A stretch of DNA of 64,000 nt. It comes from an uncultured Lawsonia sp. (GTDB lineage Bacteria > Desulfobacterota > Desulfovibrionia > Desulfovibrionales > Desulfovibrionaceae). A program made the position numbers and the translations under genes. The stretch lies in contig CAYJFS010000003.1 in assembly GCA_964369665.1 (NCBI GenBank), positions 180,081-244,080 of the forward strand, written 5' to 3'. The notes under the pieces were generated by a model that saw nothing but the letters and a program-made list of their open reading frames with translations, was not told where the DNA came from and made no database searches. This document shows, in pieces, positions 17,567-28,154 of the stretch; positions within the stretch are counted from its first letter, which is position 1; the number at the start of each line of letters is the position of its first letter.

Positions 17567-18472
17567 ATGAGAATAGCTATAACAACTCTTTCATTTGCTC
17601 GATATGATAAAACAGCTATTAAACTCCTTGAACAAGCAGGTATTGAATATATCATCAACGAAACAGGCCATGTCCTCAATGAAGAAGAACTTATTCAAAT
17701 CTTAGATGGTTGTGCTGGAATTATCATAGGCTCTGAATCACTAACAAAAAAAGTTATCGATGCTTGTCCTCACCTAAAAGTCATTTCTCGTTGTGGAAAA
17801 AATATTGATAAAATAGACCTTACCTATATCAAAAGAAAAGATATTGCCCTTTTTAATACACCAAAAGGCTATGCTCTTGCTGTTGCCGAGTTAACTGTTG
17901 GTCTCATACTGTCTCTTCTTCGTCATATTCCACATCAAGATAGAGAAGTTCGTACAGGCATATGGCGTAAAAGGGTAGGGAATTTACTACAAGGTAAACG
18001 TGTTGGTATTATTGGTCTTGGCTATGTTGGTAGTGCTGTAGCAGATCTTCTTACCAACCTTGGTGTAGAAATTAGCTATACAGATCCTAATGTTCATGTA
18101 AAAACTTTTCCAAAACTTGAACTTGATGAGCTCATTGATTGGTCAAACATTATTACTCTGCATTGTTCAAAACCAGAAAAATCTACGCCTCTTCTTGATC
18201 TTGGTAGACTTTCTCTTATGCACCCAGGTAGCTACCTTATTAATGTAGCTCAAGGAGGGTTAGTCGATGAAAAAGCCCTATTTGGACTACTAACTGCTGG
18301 TCATTTAGCTGGTGCTGCCTTAGATGTCTTTACTAAAGAACCCTATGATGGCATCCTCAAAGATATGGATAATATCATTCTTACTCCACATATAGGTACA
18401 TATGCAAAAGAAGCTAGAATTATTATGGAAAACGATGCAGTAAAAAACATTATTGCTTTTTTTAAAAAGTAA
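17567..18472 (+). CDS. D-isomer-specific 2-hydroxyacid dehydrogenase (SerA/GyaR-like)
   Basis: 301 aa. It has the NAD fold GIIGLGYVGSAVA and a catalytic-region ...LTPHIGT motif. The substrate cannot be assigned. Confidence 0.75.
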   Translation: MRIAITTLSFARYDKTAIKLLEQAGIEYIINETGHVLNEEELIQILDGCAGIIIGSESLTKKVIDACPHLKVISRCGKNIDKIDLTYIKRKDIALFNTPKGYALAVAELTVGLILSLLRHIPHQDREVRTGIWRKRVGNLLQGKRVGIIGLGYVGSAVADLLTNLGVEISYTDPNVHVKTFPKLELDELIDWSNIITLHCSKPEKSTPLLDLGRLSLMHPGSYLINVAQGGLVDEKALFGLLTAGHLAGAALDVFTKEPYDGILKDMDNIILTPHIGTYAKEARIIMENDAVKNIIAFFKK

Positions 18473-18572
18473 AAATCAAACTTAAATTACAAAAACTGTT
18501 ATTAACTACTATTACTCTGCATCTCTTAGAATTTTTGTTTATTGATGACTATTTTAAATAAAAAATACATCT

Positions 18573-20687
18573 ATGTTTACACTTAAAGACCTAAACACAG
18601 CTCAATATGAGGCAGTTACTGCCCCAGATGGACCAGTACTTGTTATTGCAGGAGCTGGAAGTGGAAAAACTCGTACCATAGTACATCGTATTGCCTGGCT
18701 TACTCAACAAGGTATCTCACCTGCTTCTATGCTCCTTTTAACCTTTACTCGCAAAGCAAGTTTAGAGATGCTGCAAAGAGCAGCTGATCTTCTCGGGCAC
18801 CCCATGCATGAAGTCAATGGGGGTACCTTTCATGGAATAGCTTTTTCTATTTTAAGAAAACATAAACCTGCCTGGGCTACTGGTTCTATAACTGTTATGG
18901 ATTCAGTAGATGCTGTTGCTTCATTACAGCATTGTAAAGAAGCACTCCATATTGCTAAAAAAGATCGCTCGTTTCCTAAAACACAAACGATTTTAAATAT
19001 ACTTAGTAAAGCTAGAAACAAAGAATTTTCTCTTACAAATCTTCTTCAGAAAGATATGCCACACCTTTTGGTACATAACGAGCTGCTTACAAAGCTCACA
19101 CAAGAATATAATAACTACAAAAAACAACACAACCTTCTTGATTATGACGACTTACTTTTTGAGCTTGAAGCACTTCTTAAAGGTGATCCAGTAAAAAATA
19201 TCCCACCACTTGCCCCATTAATCCAAGAACAGTTCCACTATATTATGGTAGACGAATATCAAGATACAAACCGCGTCCAAGCACGAATTATTCGTTTATT
19301 AACAGGTAAAAAAGCAAATATTATGGCCGTAGGTGATGAAGCACAATCAATATATGCTTTTAGAGGTGCTGATGTCCATAATATCTTAAATTTTCCAGAA
19401 CTCTTCTCTAAAACACACATTATTCGACTTGAAGAAAACTACCGATCAACACAACCTATTTTAAATATTGCCAATGCAATTCTTAAAAATTCAAACGAAA
19501 CCTTCCATAAGCACCTTTTTACAAGCAAAACAGGTGGTAACCCTGTATATCTTATTCGCTCCCTAAGTGATCTTACACAAGCTAATATTATTGCTACAAG
19601 AGTCAATGATTTACTCAATGAATATAACCCAAATGATATTGCTGTATTATTTAGAGCAGGCTATCAATCATATCATTTAGAGGTTGCCTTAACTAAACAT
19701 GATATTGCTTTTCGTAAATATGGTGGACTTAAATACACAGAAGCTGCACATATTAAAGATATTTTAGCATTTGTTCGTCTTCTTATTAACCCACTAGATA
19801 TGCCATCCTTTTTGCGTATTGCAAGCTTTTCAAAAGGTATTGGCCCAAAAACAGCTCAAAAACTATATCTTATAACTTGCCAAGGGGATGATATCAAAAA
19901 AAATCTTTCTAAATATCCAACACTGCTCATGGATATACAAATCCTTGACACACTTCGCCAGCAAAAAATAACCCCAAACGAAATACTAACAAACCTAATA
20001 GAACATTATCAGCCTTATCTTACAGCACAGTATCCTGAAGACTGGCCACGTCGCCAGCAAGGATTAGAAGAACTTGTACATATTGCCTCAGCATACACTG
20101 ATCTTGAACAATTTATGGCTGATCTTTCTTTAGAAGCACCTGAATCAAACGAACTTGAAGAAAATACAATTACATTATCAACAATTCATTCTGCAAAAGG
20201 CCTTGAATGGGATGTTGTTATTATTCTTGATCTTGTTGAAGACCGTTTCCCTTCACGACATGCCTTAGTTAAATCTGAAGACTTTGAAGAAGAACGAAGG
20301 CTCATGTATGTTGCCTGCACTCGTGCACGAAAACAGCTTGAACTTTCAATGCCTATGACACTCTATAATAAACAGTATGGGCATAGCGAACCTGCAATAC
20401 CAAGTCCTTTTATCCAAGATATCCCCTCTTCCCTACTAGAAGAGTGGCAAGAAGGTTATTCTGGAAAACTGTATAAAAAAGAACATACACTCTCTCCACC
20501 CAAAGTCCTTAATAACCCCATCAATAAACAACAAGAAACAGCAAATCTCTCATATAGCTTTTGTCAACATAAAGTATTTGGTCGTGGAAAAATTGTAGAA
20601 CACCTTCTTCCAGATAAATGTAGAGTAAATTTTCCTGGATTTGGCCTTAAAGTTATCCTAAAAGAATATCTTATATTAGAAGAATAA
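18573..20687 (+). CDS. uvrD: ATP-dependent DNA helicase, UvrD/PcrA/Rep family
   Basis: 704 aa. It has Walker A AGAGSGKT, motif II VDEYQDTN, motif VI VACTRAR and a C-terminal Tudor-like tail (HKVFGRGKIV). Confidence 0.88.
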   Translation: MFTLKDLNTAQYEAVTAPDGPVLVIAGAGSGKTRTIVHRIAWLTQQGISPASMLLLTFTRKASLEMLQRAADLLGHPMHEVNGGTFHGIAFSILRKHKPAWATGSITVMDSVDAVASLQHCKEALHIAKKDRSFPKTQTILNILSKARNKEFSLTNLLQKDMPHLLVHNELLTKLTQEYNNYKKQHNLLDYDDLLFELEALLKGDPVKNIPPLAPLIQEQFHYIMVDEYQDTNRVQARIIRLLTGKKANIMAVGDEAQSIYAFRGADVHNILNFPELFSKTHIIRLEENYRSTQPILNIANAILKNSNETFHKHLFTSKTGGNPVYLIRSLSDLTQANIIATRVNDLLNEYNPNDIAVLFRAGYQSYHLEVALTKHDIAFRKYGGLKYTEAAHIKDILAFVRLLINPLDMPSFLRIASFSKGIGPKTAQKLYLITCQGDDIKKNLSKYPTLLMDIQILDTLRQQKITPNEILTNLIEHYQPYLTAQYPEDWPRRQQGLEELVHIASAYTDLEQFMADLSLEAPESNELEENTITLSTIHSAKGLEWDVVIILDLVEDRFPSRHALVKSEDFEEERRLMYVACTRARKQLELSMPMTLYNKQYGHSEPAIPSPFIQDIPSSLLEEWQEGYSGKLYKKEHTLSPPKVLNNPINKQQETANLSYSFCQHKVFGRGKIVEHLLPDKCRVNFPGFGLKVILKEYLILEE

Positions 20688-20692
20688 ACTTT

Positions 20693-21679
20693 ATGAAAAA
20701 GCAAACATCTATTCTTTCAGAAAATCACATTTTTGAGTGTATAAACAAATATTTTCCTCATCAAAACCAATATATTAAAGCAGGAAGAGATGATGATTGT
20801 GCTATTTTATCTATACAAACACCTTTATGTATAAGTACAGATTTTTTTATAGAAAATAGACATTTTCGCCAAACCTATTTTACGCCTGAAGAAATTGGTT
20901 GGAAAGCCTTAGCTGTTAACCTTAGTGACCTTGCAGCTTGTGCAGCGCAACCTATTGCTTTCTCTTTAGGTCTTGCTATTCCTAAAAATACTTCTATGGA
21001 GATCATAGAAGGACTTTGCTTAGGCATGTCAAATTTAGCTCAAAAATCTAACATACTCCTTGCTGGTGGCGATATTTCTCAATCTCAAGAACTCTGTTTA
21101 TGTATTACAGTTATTGGAACAAATAGAGCACCACTTCTACGAAATCAAGCTTCCTCTGGAGATGTCCTTTTCCTTTTAGGTAATGTAGGCCTTGCAAAAA
21201 CAGGTTTATATCTTCTGGAAAAAATCGGCAGAAGTGCTCTAAATAACTTCCCAGAATCTTGCAATGCTCACATTAAACCAAAGCCTCTTATAAATCAGGC
21301 TCTTCTTATTGCCCAAATTGCAAAAGAATGGAAAGAACAAACACAAAAAACACATCGCTTAGGCCTTATGGATGTTTCTGATGGTCTTGCTCAAGACGTC
21401 CCAAGACTCCTCGGCAAAGACTATGGTATTGATATCCATATTCCATATATTCACCCAGAAATCACCCAATTTTTAGCAAATAATGATAGTAATTCTGCAG
21501 AAATACATGCTTTTATTGGAGGTGAAGATTATAGCCTTATAGGAACTTGTTCACCGGAATTTATATCTGTACTCAAAAAAAATATCCCTGAAATAACTAT
21601 TCTTGGTCACATTAATAAAAATACAGACATTACATGTAATGGACAAAAAGCTTCTGGATTTGATCACTTTGCCTCATGA
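20693..21679 (+). CDS. thiL: thiamine-monophosphate kinase
   Basis: 328 aa AIR-synthase-fold protein with GRDDDCAIL...DFFIENRHF...KALAVNLSDLAA, typical of ThiL. Confidence 0.85.
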   Translation: MKKQTSILSENHIFECINKYFPHQNQYIKAGRDDDCAILSIQTPLCISTDFFIENRHFRQTYFTPEEIGWKALAVNLSDLAACAAQPIAFSLGLAIPKNTSMEIIEGLCLGMSNLAQKSNILLAGGDISQSQELCLCITVIGTNRAPLLRNQASSGDVLFLLGNVGLAKTGLYLLEKIGRSALNNFPESCNAHIKPKPLINQALLIAQIAKEWKEQTQKTHRLGLMDVSDGLAQDVPRLLGKDYGIDIHIPYIHPEITQFLANNDSNSAEIHAFIGGEDYSLIGTCSPEFISVLKKNIPEITILGHINKNTDITCNGQKASGFDHFAS

Positions 21680-23053
21680 ACCATTTTTATTGCTCTTAGC
21701 TGTAGCTTCTCTAATCCACTCCTTAAGAGGTTCTTCTATTGCTCTACGGATTTCCATAAGGTTTTTTTCACTATCTGCTTCAAATCGTGTCACTAATGCA
21801 GGTTGAGTATTTGATACTCTAACCAAACCCCAGCCATGAGGAAAAAGTATTCTTGCACCATCAATTTCTATAACATCATACTTCTTCCTAAAATATTCTT
21901 TAACTTTTTCCACCACTTCAAATTTTATATCATCCTCACAAGGAATGTTTACTTCACCAGTAATAAAAGAAGTAGGCCACCCAGGCAATTCAGACATAGA
22001 CTTCTTCTGTGCAGAAAATAATGCTACTAAACGGCATGCTGCATAAATGGCATCATCAAAACCAAACCAACCATCTGAAAAAAACATATGCCCAGACATT
22101 TCTCCAGCAAGTTCTGCTTTTATCTCCTGCATCCTTGCTTTAATAATAGAATGTCCTGTAGTCCACATCATGGGGAAACCACCATGGTGCTTAATATCAT
22201 CAAAAAGTCTTCCAGAACACTTTACATCGGCAATAATTGTAGCTCCAGGTATCCGAGTAAGCAATTCTTGTGCATAAATAGCAAGAAGTTCATCCCCAGA
22301 AAGCAGACGACCATTTGGATCAATTATACCTATTCTATCTGCATCCCCATCAAGTCCTATACCAAAATCTGCATGCTTTATTTTTACTTGAGCTTTGAGT
22401 TCTTGCATATTTTCTTCTACAACAGGATCTGGATGATGATGAGGAAATCGTCCATCTGGATCACAGTAAAGTCTTGTAACTTCAACACCCATGGCCTCTA
22501 GAAGATCTGAACATACTTCTCCTCCAGAACCATTGCCACCATCAACCACAACACTTATGGATCGAGAAAGTTTGCAGCGATCTAATACAGCATCCATATA
22601 AGCAGGTATACTATCATACCTTGAGGCTATCCCAGTACCTTCTAAAAAATGGCCAGACTCGAAAATTGATTGGATAACTTGAATTTCTTTACCATAAATA
22701 GTTGATGCTCCAGCCCATATTTTAAAACCATTATATTGAGAAGGATTATGGCTAGCCGTTATCATTATGCCACCTTTGCGATTTAAAAACTTTATAGCAA
22801 AATATACTATAGGTGTAGGTACCATCCCTATAGAAATCACATCAACACCTGTTGATAATAATCCTTGAATCAATACATCATTATAATCAACAGAAGATAA
22901 TCGGCAATCATAACCCACAACAACTGAGTTAATATTATGACTCAAAAAATACGTGCCACAAGCTTTACCAAGACGTAGCACCCACTCTAATGAAAAATCA
23001 TCACCTACTACTCCACGTATATCATATGCACGAAAAACATGCTTTGTCTTCAC
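21674..23053 (-). CDS. phosphomannomutase/phosphoglucomutase (alpha-D-phosphohexomutase)
   Basis: 459 aa. It has the active-site loop TASHNPSQYNGFK, the metal loop DGDADR and the sugar loop GEMSGH. Its 3' end overlaps the thiL 3' end by 6 bp. Confidence 0.88.
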   Translation of the reverse strand: MKTKHVFRAYDIRGVVGDDFSLEWVLRLGKACGTYFLSHNINSVVVGYDCRLSSVDYNDVLIQGLLSTGVDVISIGMVPTPIVYFAIKFLNRKGGIMITASHNPSQYNGFKIWAGASTIYGKEIQVIQSIFESGHFLEGTGIASRYDSIPAYMDAVLDRCKLSRSISVVVDGGNGSGGEVCSDLLEAMGVEVTRLYCDPDGRFPHHHPDPVVEENMQELKAQVKIKHADFGIGLDGDADRIGIIDPNGRLLSGDELLAIYAQELLTRIPGATIIADVKCSGRLFDDIKHHGGFPMMWTTGHSIIKARMQEIKAELAGEMSGHMFFSDGWFGFDDAIYAACRLVALFSAQKKSMSELPGWPTSFITGEVNIPCEDDIKFEVVEKVKEYFRKKYDVIEIDGARILFPHGWGLVRVSNTQPALVTRFEADSEKNLMEIRRAIEEPLKEWIREATAKSNKNGS

Positions 23054-23301
23054 TATGTATCCTTACACTATAAATTAATAACTATGTTCATTAAATATAA
23101 ATAGCTAGCTTAACCTAGCTATTTAAACTGTAACTTTCATACACTACCTTCTTTCTTTAAAGAACTTAATATTCCTAAATATTATCTCTCATAATATTCT
23201 TTAACACAGTGCATTAAAAATAAATAGACAAAACTAGATTTATTCTATACACAGGCTATATTGACCATAACAAAAATATTATACTCTATATACTGATTAT
23301 T

Positions 23302-24432
23302 ATGAGCTGGGATTGGGATAAACTACAAGAAAAAAAACAACGACAAAATTGGTCTTCGAATCGTAACCAAAAGGATAATGACAATAATCTGTCAAACCCT
23401 AATGGTTCTAATCCAAATGGTCATCCATTTTTTAAGAATATCAAAAAATATTTTGAATCACGACCTCATAGCAGTGGTATAAAATGGGTCCTTCTTATTC
23501 TTGTTCTGCTTTGGATATTATCTGGTATTTATATTGTACATCCTGATGAACAAGGTGTTGTGCTGCTCTTTGGTAAATATAACCGTACAGTTGATGCAGG
23601 TCCACACTATGCATTACCTTTCCCTATTGAAACAGTTTATAAACCAAAAGTTACACAAGTACGACGTGTTGAGGTAGGATTCCGCTCAACATCTCTTGGA
23701 GGTACATTCCAACAAGGCGCAACTCGAACCCTACCTGAAGAAGCTTCTATGCTTACAGGGGATGAAAATATTGTTAATGTACAATTCAGTGTTCAATACC
23801 AAATAAAAAATCCTGTAGAATACTTATTCCATACAGCAAACCCAACAGCTGTTGTTAAAAGTGCTGCAGAAGCAGCCATGCGTGAAGTTATAGGTAATAG
23901 CAAAATAGACTCTGCTTTAACAGATGGAAAAATACAAATACAAAATGAAGCAACAGAACTTTTACAAGAAATTCTCGACCGTTACCAAGTAGGTATCCAT
24001 GTTTTGGCTGTACAACTTCAAGATGTACACCCACCTAAAGAAGTTAGCGACTCTTTCAAAGATGTTGCAAGTGCACGTGAAGATAAAAGTCGTATTATTA
24101 ATGAAGCAGAAGCTTACCGTAATGAAATTATTCCAAAAGCTCGTGGTCTAGCTGCTGAAATTGTAAACAAAGCTCAGGCTTATCAAGAAACCCGTATAAA
24201 AAATGCTGAAGGTGAAGCTGCTCGATTTCAAGCCTTACTTATAGAGTATAATCAAGCAAAAGATATTACAAAAAAACGGATGTATTTTGAAGCAATGGAA
24301 GACATTCTTAACCAACCTGAGATGGAAAAGATTATTCTTAATAGCAGCATTGCTAATAAAGCACTCCCTTTGCTTCCACTTTTTCAAGATAAATCTGTAA
24401 AAAAAACGCCGACTGCTAAAAAAATGGAGTAA
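23302..24432 (+). CDS. hflK: FtsH protease modulator HflK
   Basis: 376 aa with one TM segment and an SPFH/band-7 domain, followed 5 nt later by hflC. Confidence 0.9.
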   Translation: MSWDWDKLQEKKQRQNWSSNRNQKDNDNNLSNPNGSNPNGHPFFKNIKKYFESRPHSSGIKWVLLILVLLWILSGIYIVHPDEQGVVLLFGKYNRTVDAGPHYALPFPIETVYKPKVTQVRRVEVGFRSTSLGGTFQQGATRTLPEEASMLTGDENIVNVQFSVQYQIKNPVEYLFHTANPTAVVKSAAEAAMREVIGNSKIDSALTDGKIQIQNEATELLQEILDRYQVGIHVLAVQLQDVHPPKEVSDSFKDVASAREDKSRIINEAEAYRNEIIPKARGLAAEIVNKAQAYQETRIKNAEGEAARFQALLIEYNQAKDITKKRMYFEAMEDILNQPEMEKIILNSSIANKALPLLPLFQDKSVKKTPTAKKME

Positions 24433-24437
24433 CTATA

Positions 24438-25289
24438 ATGCAGCAAAAACTCCCCTTTATTGTTGGTATACTAGCTGTGCTCCTCATAGTTCTTTCTCAA
24501 ACTATTTTTATTGTAAATCAAACAGAAAGAGCTCTAGTTCTTCAACTTGGAGAACCAGTAGATCGTATTTTTGAACCAGACATCCATTTTAAACTCCCGT
24601 TTATTCAAAATGTTATCTTTTTTGACGCTCGTGTTCTTGATTATGATGCTCGTGCTGCAGAAGCACTCACAAGTGACAAGAAAGCTATTGTCCTTGATAA
24701 CTATGCTCGTTGGCGTATTGCCGACCCTCTTGAATTTTATAGAACCGTTAAAACTATCCCTAGTGCTCAAGCACGTCTTGACGATGTCGTCTATTCTCAA
24801 CTACGTGCTCATGTAGGTAAACATACTCTTACAGAAGTTGTATCTAAAGATAGAAGTAAAATTATGTCTGATGTTACACAACGTACTTCTAATATTATGA
24901 AAGAATATGGTATAGAGGTTATTGATGTTCGTATCAGAAGAACAGACCTCCCTTCAGAAAACCAACGTGCTATTTTTGGCAGAATGCGTGCTGAACGTGA
25001 ACGACAAGCAAAACAATATCGATCTGAAGGAACAGAAGAATCAACAAAACTACGATCACAAGCAGACAAAGAAGAAGCTATTATCCTTGCAGAAGCACAA
25101 CGTAAAGCTTCTATTATTCATGGTGAAGGAGATGCTGTTGCTGCAAAAATTTTTGCTCAAGCATTCAAAAAATCTCCAGAGTTTTATGAGTTTCAACGTG
25201 GGCTTGAGGCTCTCCGAAATGGGTTGAAATCTAATACACAAATAGTGCTTACTAATGATGACCCACTATTACGCCCTATTCAAAAATAG
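24438..25289 (+). CDS. hflC: FtsH protease modulator HflC
   Basis: 283 aa with an N-terminal TM segment and an SPFH domain (RTDLPSENQRAIFGRMRAERERQA). Confidence 0.9.
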   Translation: MQQKLPFIVGILAVLLIVLSQTIFIVNQTERALVLQLGEPVDRIFEPDIHFKLPFIQNVIFFDARVLDYDARAAEALTSDKKAIVLDNYARWRIADPLEFYRTVKTIPSAQARLDDVVYSQLRAHVGKHTLTEVVSKDRSKIMSDVTQRTSNIMKEYGIEVIDVRIRRTDLPSENQRAIFGRMRAERERQAKQYRSEGTEESTKLRSQADKEEAIILAEAQRKASIIHGEGDAVAAKIFAQAFKKSPEFYEFQRGLEALRNGLKSNTQIVLTNDDPLLRPIQK

Positions 25290-25322
25290 CTCACTTACGA
25301 CACACTGAAAGAGAAAACATCC

Positions 25323-26012
25323 ATGAATCTTTTTCAAGAAGTATATGATCGAGTCCTATTTGCTACTAACACAAAAACACAAGCAGAACTAGCAGAATTA
25401 CTCGAAATTCGTCAATCAAGCATCTCTGATGCAAAAAAAAGAGGTACTATTCCCTCAGAATGGTATATTAAACTTTTTGAGCGTCTAGGACTTAATCCAG
25501 ACTGGATAAAAAAAGGTATTGGTCCTATGTATCTTCGAACAGAGGAAGGATACATTCCAAGGGAACTACCAAATGATGTTCATGAGCCACCTGCATACTA
25601 TGGTGAACCTATATCAAAAAGTTCATTGAGCACAGTATATTCTATGTGCTGTATCTATGAAGCTTCAAAAAATCCTGATTTACAAGCTATAGGCAAAATA
25701 GCTTTACCACAACCATATGCAGGCTCTGATATTCTTGTCTTTCGTACTGAATCAGACATATTCCTTCCCATTATCCGACGTGATACTTATTTAGGAATCA
25801 ATATACGTCTAACACATCCGTCTTCAGGAGAAATTTATGCTGTATTTATGCCACATGAAGGTCTTACATTAAAACGACTGTTTCTTGATACAAAAAAAAA
25901 TGGTTTCTACTTACGTACAGATCAACAAACAACTTCTGAAGAATTTTTACCTGCAGACAAATATCCAAATCGTATTCTAGGTCGGCTAGCATGGGTACTC
26001 CAAACATACTAA
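25323..26012 (+). CDS. phage CI-type repressor-like protein (N-terminal HTH, C-terminal S24/LexA-like beta-domain)
   Basis: 229 aa. TQAELAELLEIRQSSISDAKKRGTIPSEWYIKLFERLGLNPDWI matches the pattern of the Phage_CI_repr HTH family. In the C-terminal region, ...RTESDIFLP...LTLKRL... aligns by eye with the Ser and Lys regions of S24 peptidases. Confidence 0.6.
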   Translation: MNLFQEVYDRVLFATNTKTQAELAELLEIRQSSISDAKKRGTIPSEWYIKLFERLGLNPDWIKKGIGPMYLRTEEGYIPRELPNDVHEPPAYYGEPISKSSLSTVYSMCCIYEASKNPDLQAIGKIALPQPYAGSDILVFRTESDIFLPIIRRDTYLGINIRLTHPSSGEIYAVFMPHEGLTLKRLFLDTKKNGFYLRTDQQTTSEEFLPADKYPNRILGRLAWVLQTY

Positions 26013-26022
26013 CAACTACACA

Positions 26023-27354
26023 TTAACCATAATCCTCAACAAAATCGACAAGTGAAACTAAATCATATTCCTGACACTCTATAACCTCTGCTTCAAGAAG
26101 TGCTCCAGGTGCAACACCTGGACCACTTATATATGTTACACCATCAATTTCAGGAGCTTGGAACCATGCCCTACCTATATGTAGTCCTGGCCAATCTTCA
26201 TGTGCACTATCAACAAGTATTGACAATTTTTGATCTTTAAATCGCAAAAGCCAATCTGCACTTATTGCCCTCTGTAGCTCCATAATTTCTTCTTTACGCT
26301 GTATTTTTATATGCTCTTCAATCTGATTTGGCATAGCTGCTGAAGGTGTTCCTTCTTCTGCTTTATATGTAAATACACCTAAATGTTGAAAACGTAACTC
26401 TTCTAATTCTTTTAACATCAATAAATACTGATCTATTGTTTCTCCAGGGAAACCAGTAATAATCGATGTACGTAATGCTGCATCTGGAAAAACTGAACGG
26501 ATTTGATCAATGATTTTTTTGGGATTATGTGCAAAAGGTCTCCCCATACGAGTAAGGATATCTGGGTGTGTATGCTGTATAGGTACATCAAAATATGGAA
26601 TAAAAGGTGTGCCTATCCCCTTCAAATACTGTAGTAATTCTTTTGTAATACCTGCTGGATAAAGATACATAAGACGCAATCTTTCTAAACCATCTAGTTC
26701 TACCAAATGATCTAATAGCGAGCATAATCCATATGGATCTCCAAGATCTTTACCCCATGCCAAAACATCTTGAGCAACTAAAGCAAGCTCTTTTACTCCC
26801 TGTGCAAGTAACTGTCGGCTTTCCTCTACTAACATAGAAATGGGGTATGAACGTAATGAACCACGAATAGAAGGTATTGTACAAAATGAACAGGTGTGTT
26901 GACAGCCATCACTAATTTTAAGCCAAGCATATGATTGTGCAGTACTTAATACTCTACCCATAACGAGTGATGCAGAAGGTAAACCTAAAGCTTGTACAAG
27001 AGTTTCACCACAAGTATCCATATTTTTACTATCAAGCCAAACATCCACTTCAGGGATTTCTTTTTTTAAAAATTTTTCCCCATATCTAGAAACAAAACAG
27101 CCTGCAACAACAATAAGTGGTCGACTCTTCACACCTTCCACTTCTGCAACAAGCTGAATAATAGTTTCTATAGACTCTTGGACTGCTGAAATAATAAAGG
27201 CACAAGTATTAATAAAAATAAAATCAGCTTTATTAGGTGTAGTTATAAACAATAAAGGTAAACCTAATGAACCAAGGAGCCGCTCTGTATCAACACGATT
27301 TTTAGGACAACCAAGACTTATGGAATAACACTTTAAAGACGATGATGCAGGCAT
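26023..27354 (-). CDS. rimO: ribosomal protein S12 methylthiotransferase (radical SAM MTTase)
   Basis: 443 aa. It has the N-terminal ISLGCPKNRVDTE, the radical-SAM CxxxCxxC motif (CQHTCSFC) and a C-terminal TRAM domain. Confidence 0.85.
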   Translation of the reverse strand: MPASSSLKCYSISLGCPKNRVDTERLLGSLGLPLLFITTPNKADFIFINTCAFIISAVQESIETIIQLVAEVEGVKSRPLIVVAGCFVSRYGEKFLKKEIPEVDVWLDSKNMDTCGETLVQALGLPSASLVMGRVLSTAQSYAWLKISDGCQHTCSFCTIPSIRGSLRSYPISMLVEESRQLLAQGVKELALVAQDVLAWGKDLGDPYGLCSLLDHLVELDGLERLRLMYLYPAGITKELLQYLKGIGTPFIPYFDVPIQHTHPDILTRMGRPFAHNPKKIIDQIRSVFPDAALRTSIITGFPGETIDQYLLMLKELEELRFQHLGVFTYKAEEGTPSAAMPNQIEEHIKIQRKEEIMELQRAISADWLLRFKDQKLSILVDSAHEDWPGLHIGRAWFQAPEIDGVTYISGPGVAPGALLEAEVIECQEYDLVSLVDFVEDYG

Positions 27355-27444
27355 ACAACCTCTTCAATAAAACACGATCAAACTTGACTATATTAATCCT
27401 TATTACTATAAACTCTATACATTAAAATATCTTAAACATAAAAA

Positions 27445-28089
27445 ATGAATAAATATAATTCTAAATTAACCCATATTGTTTTAGCTACACGTAATCCTGG
27501 GAAAATTCATGAGATAACAGCACAACTGCAAAATCACAACATCTCTGTATTAAGCCTTAAAGATTTTCCAAGATGCCCTGAAGTTCAAGAAACAGGAGTA
27601 ACCTTTGCAGAAAATGCCTTGTGTAAAGCAAAAGCTGTTGCTCAATATACAGGATTTATAGCACTTGCTGATGACTCTGGTCTTGAAGTAGATGCCTTAC
27701 ATGGAGCACCTGGCGTCTATTCTTCAAGATACGCAGATGATTTACCTAATATACCTGGGATGTCACAGGATGAAAAGAACATTCATAAACTTTTACAAGT
27801 GCTCATACATGTTCCATTTCAAAAACGTACTGCCCAATTTCAAACTGCTATAATTGCTTATCACCCCAATGGTAACAATATTCTTACTACTGGTATAGTA
27901 AAAGGCATTATCACTCTAGCTCCACAAGGTACTTATGGTTTTGGTTATGATTCTATTTTTCTTTTACAAAGACAAAACAAAACATTTGCAGAACTAACCA
28001 CCAAAGAAAAAGAGCATTTTAGCCATAGAGGTAAAGCTTTAAAAAAATTCCTTAAAAAATGGGATACCTGGAAAGACAACATTACTTAA
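27445..28089 (+). CDS. rdgB: dITP/XTP pyrophosphatase (Ham1/RdgB family)
   Basis: 214 aa with ATRNPGKIHE...ETGVTFAENALCKA...DDSGLEVDAL.GAPGVYS...FGYD.IF. Confidence 0.9.
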   Translation: MNKYNSKLTHIVLATRNPGKIHEITAQLQNHNISVLSLKDFPRCPEVQETGVTFAENALCKAKAVAQYTGFIALADDSGLEVDALHGAPGVYSSRYADDLPNIPGMSQDEKNIHKLLQVLIHVPFQKRTAQFQTAIIAYHPNGNNILTTGIVKGIITLAPQGTYGFGYDSIFLLQRQNKTFAELTTKEKEHFSHRGKALKKFLKKWDTWKDNIT

Positions 28090-28154
28090 AATTATAAATT
28101 TTTTATATTTATTCCAAACTGTTATAATATAATTAAAAATTTTTAGGATAATTC

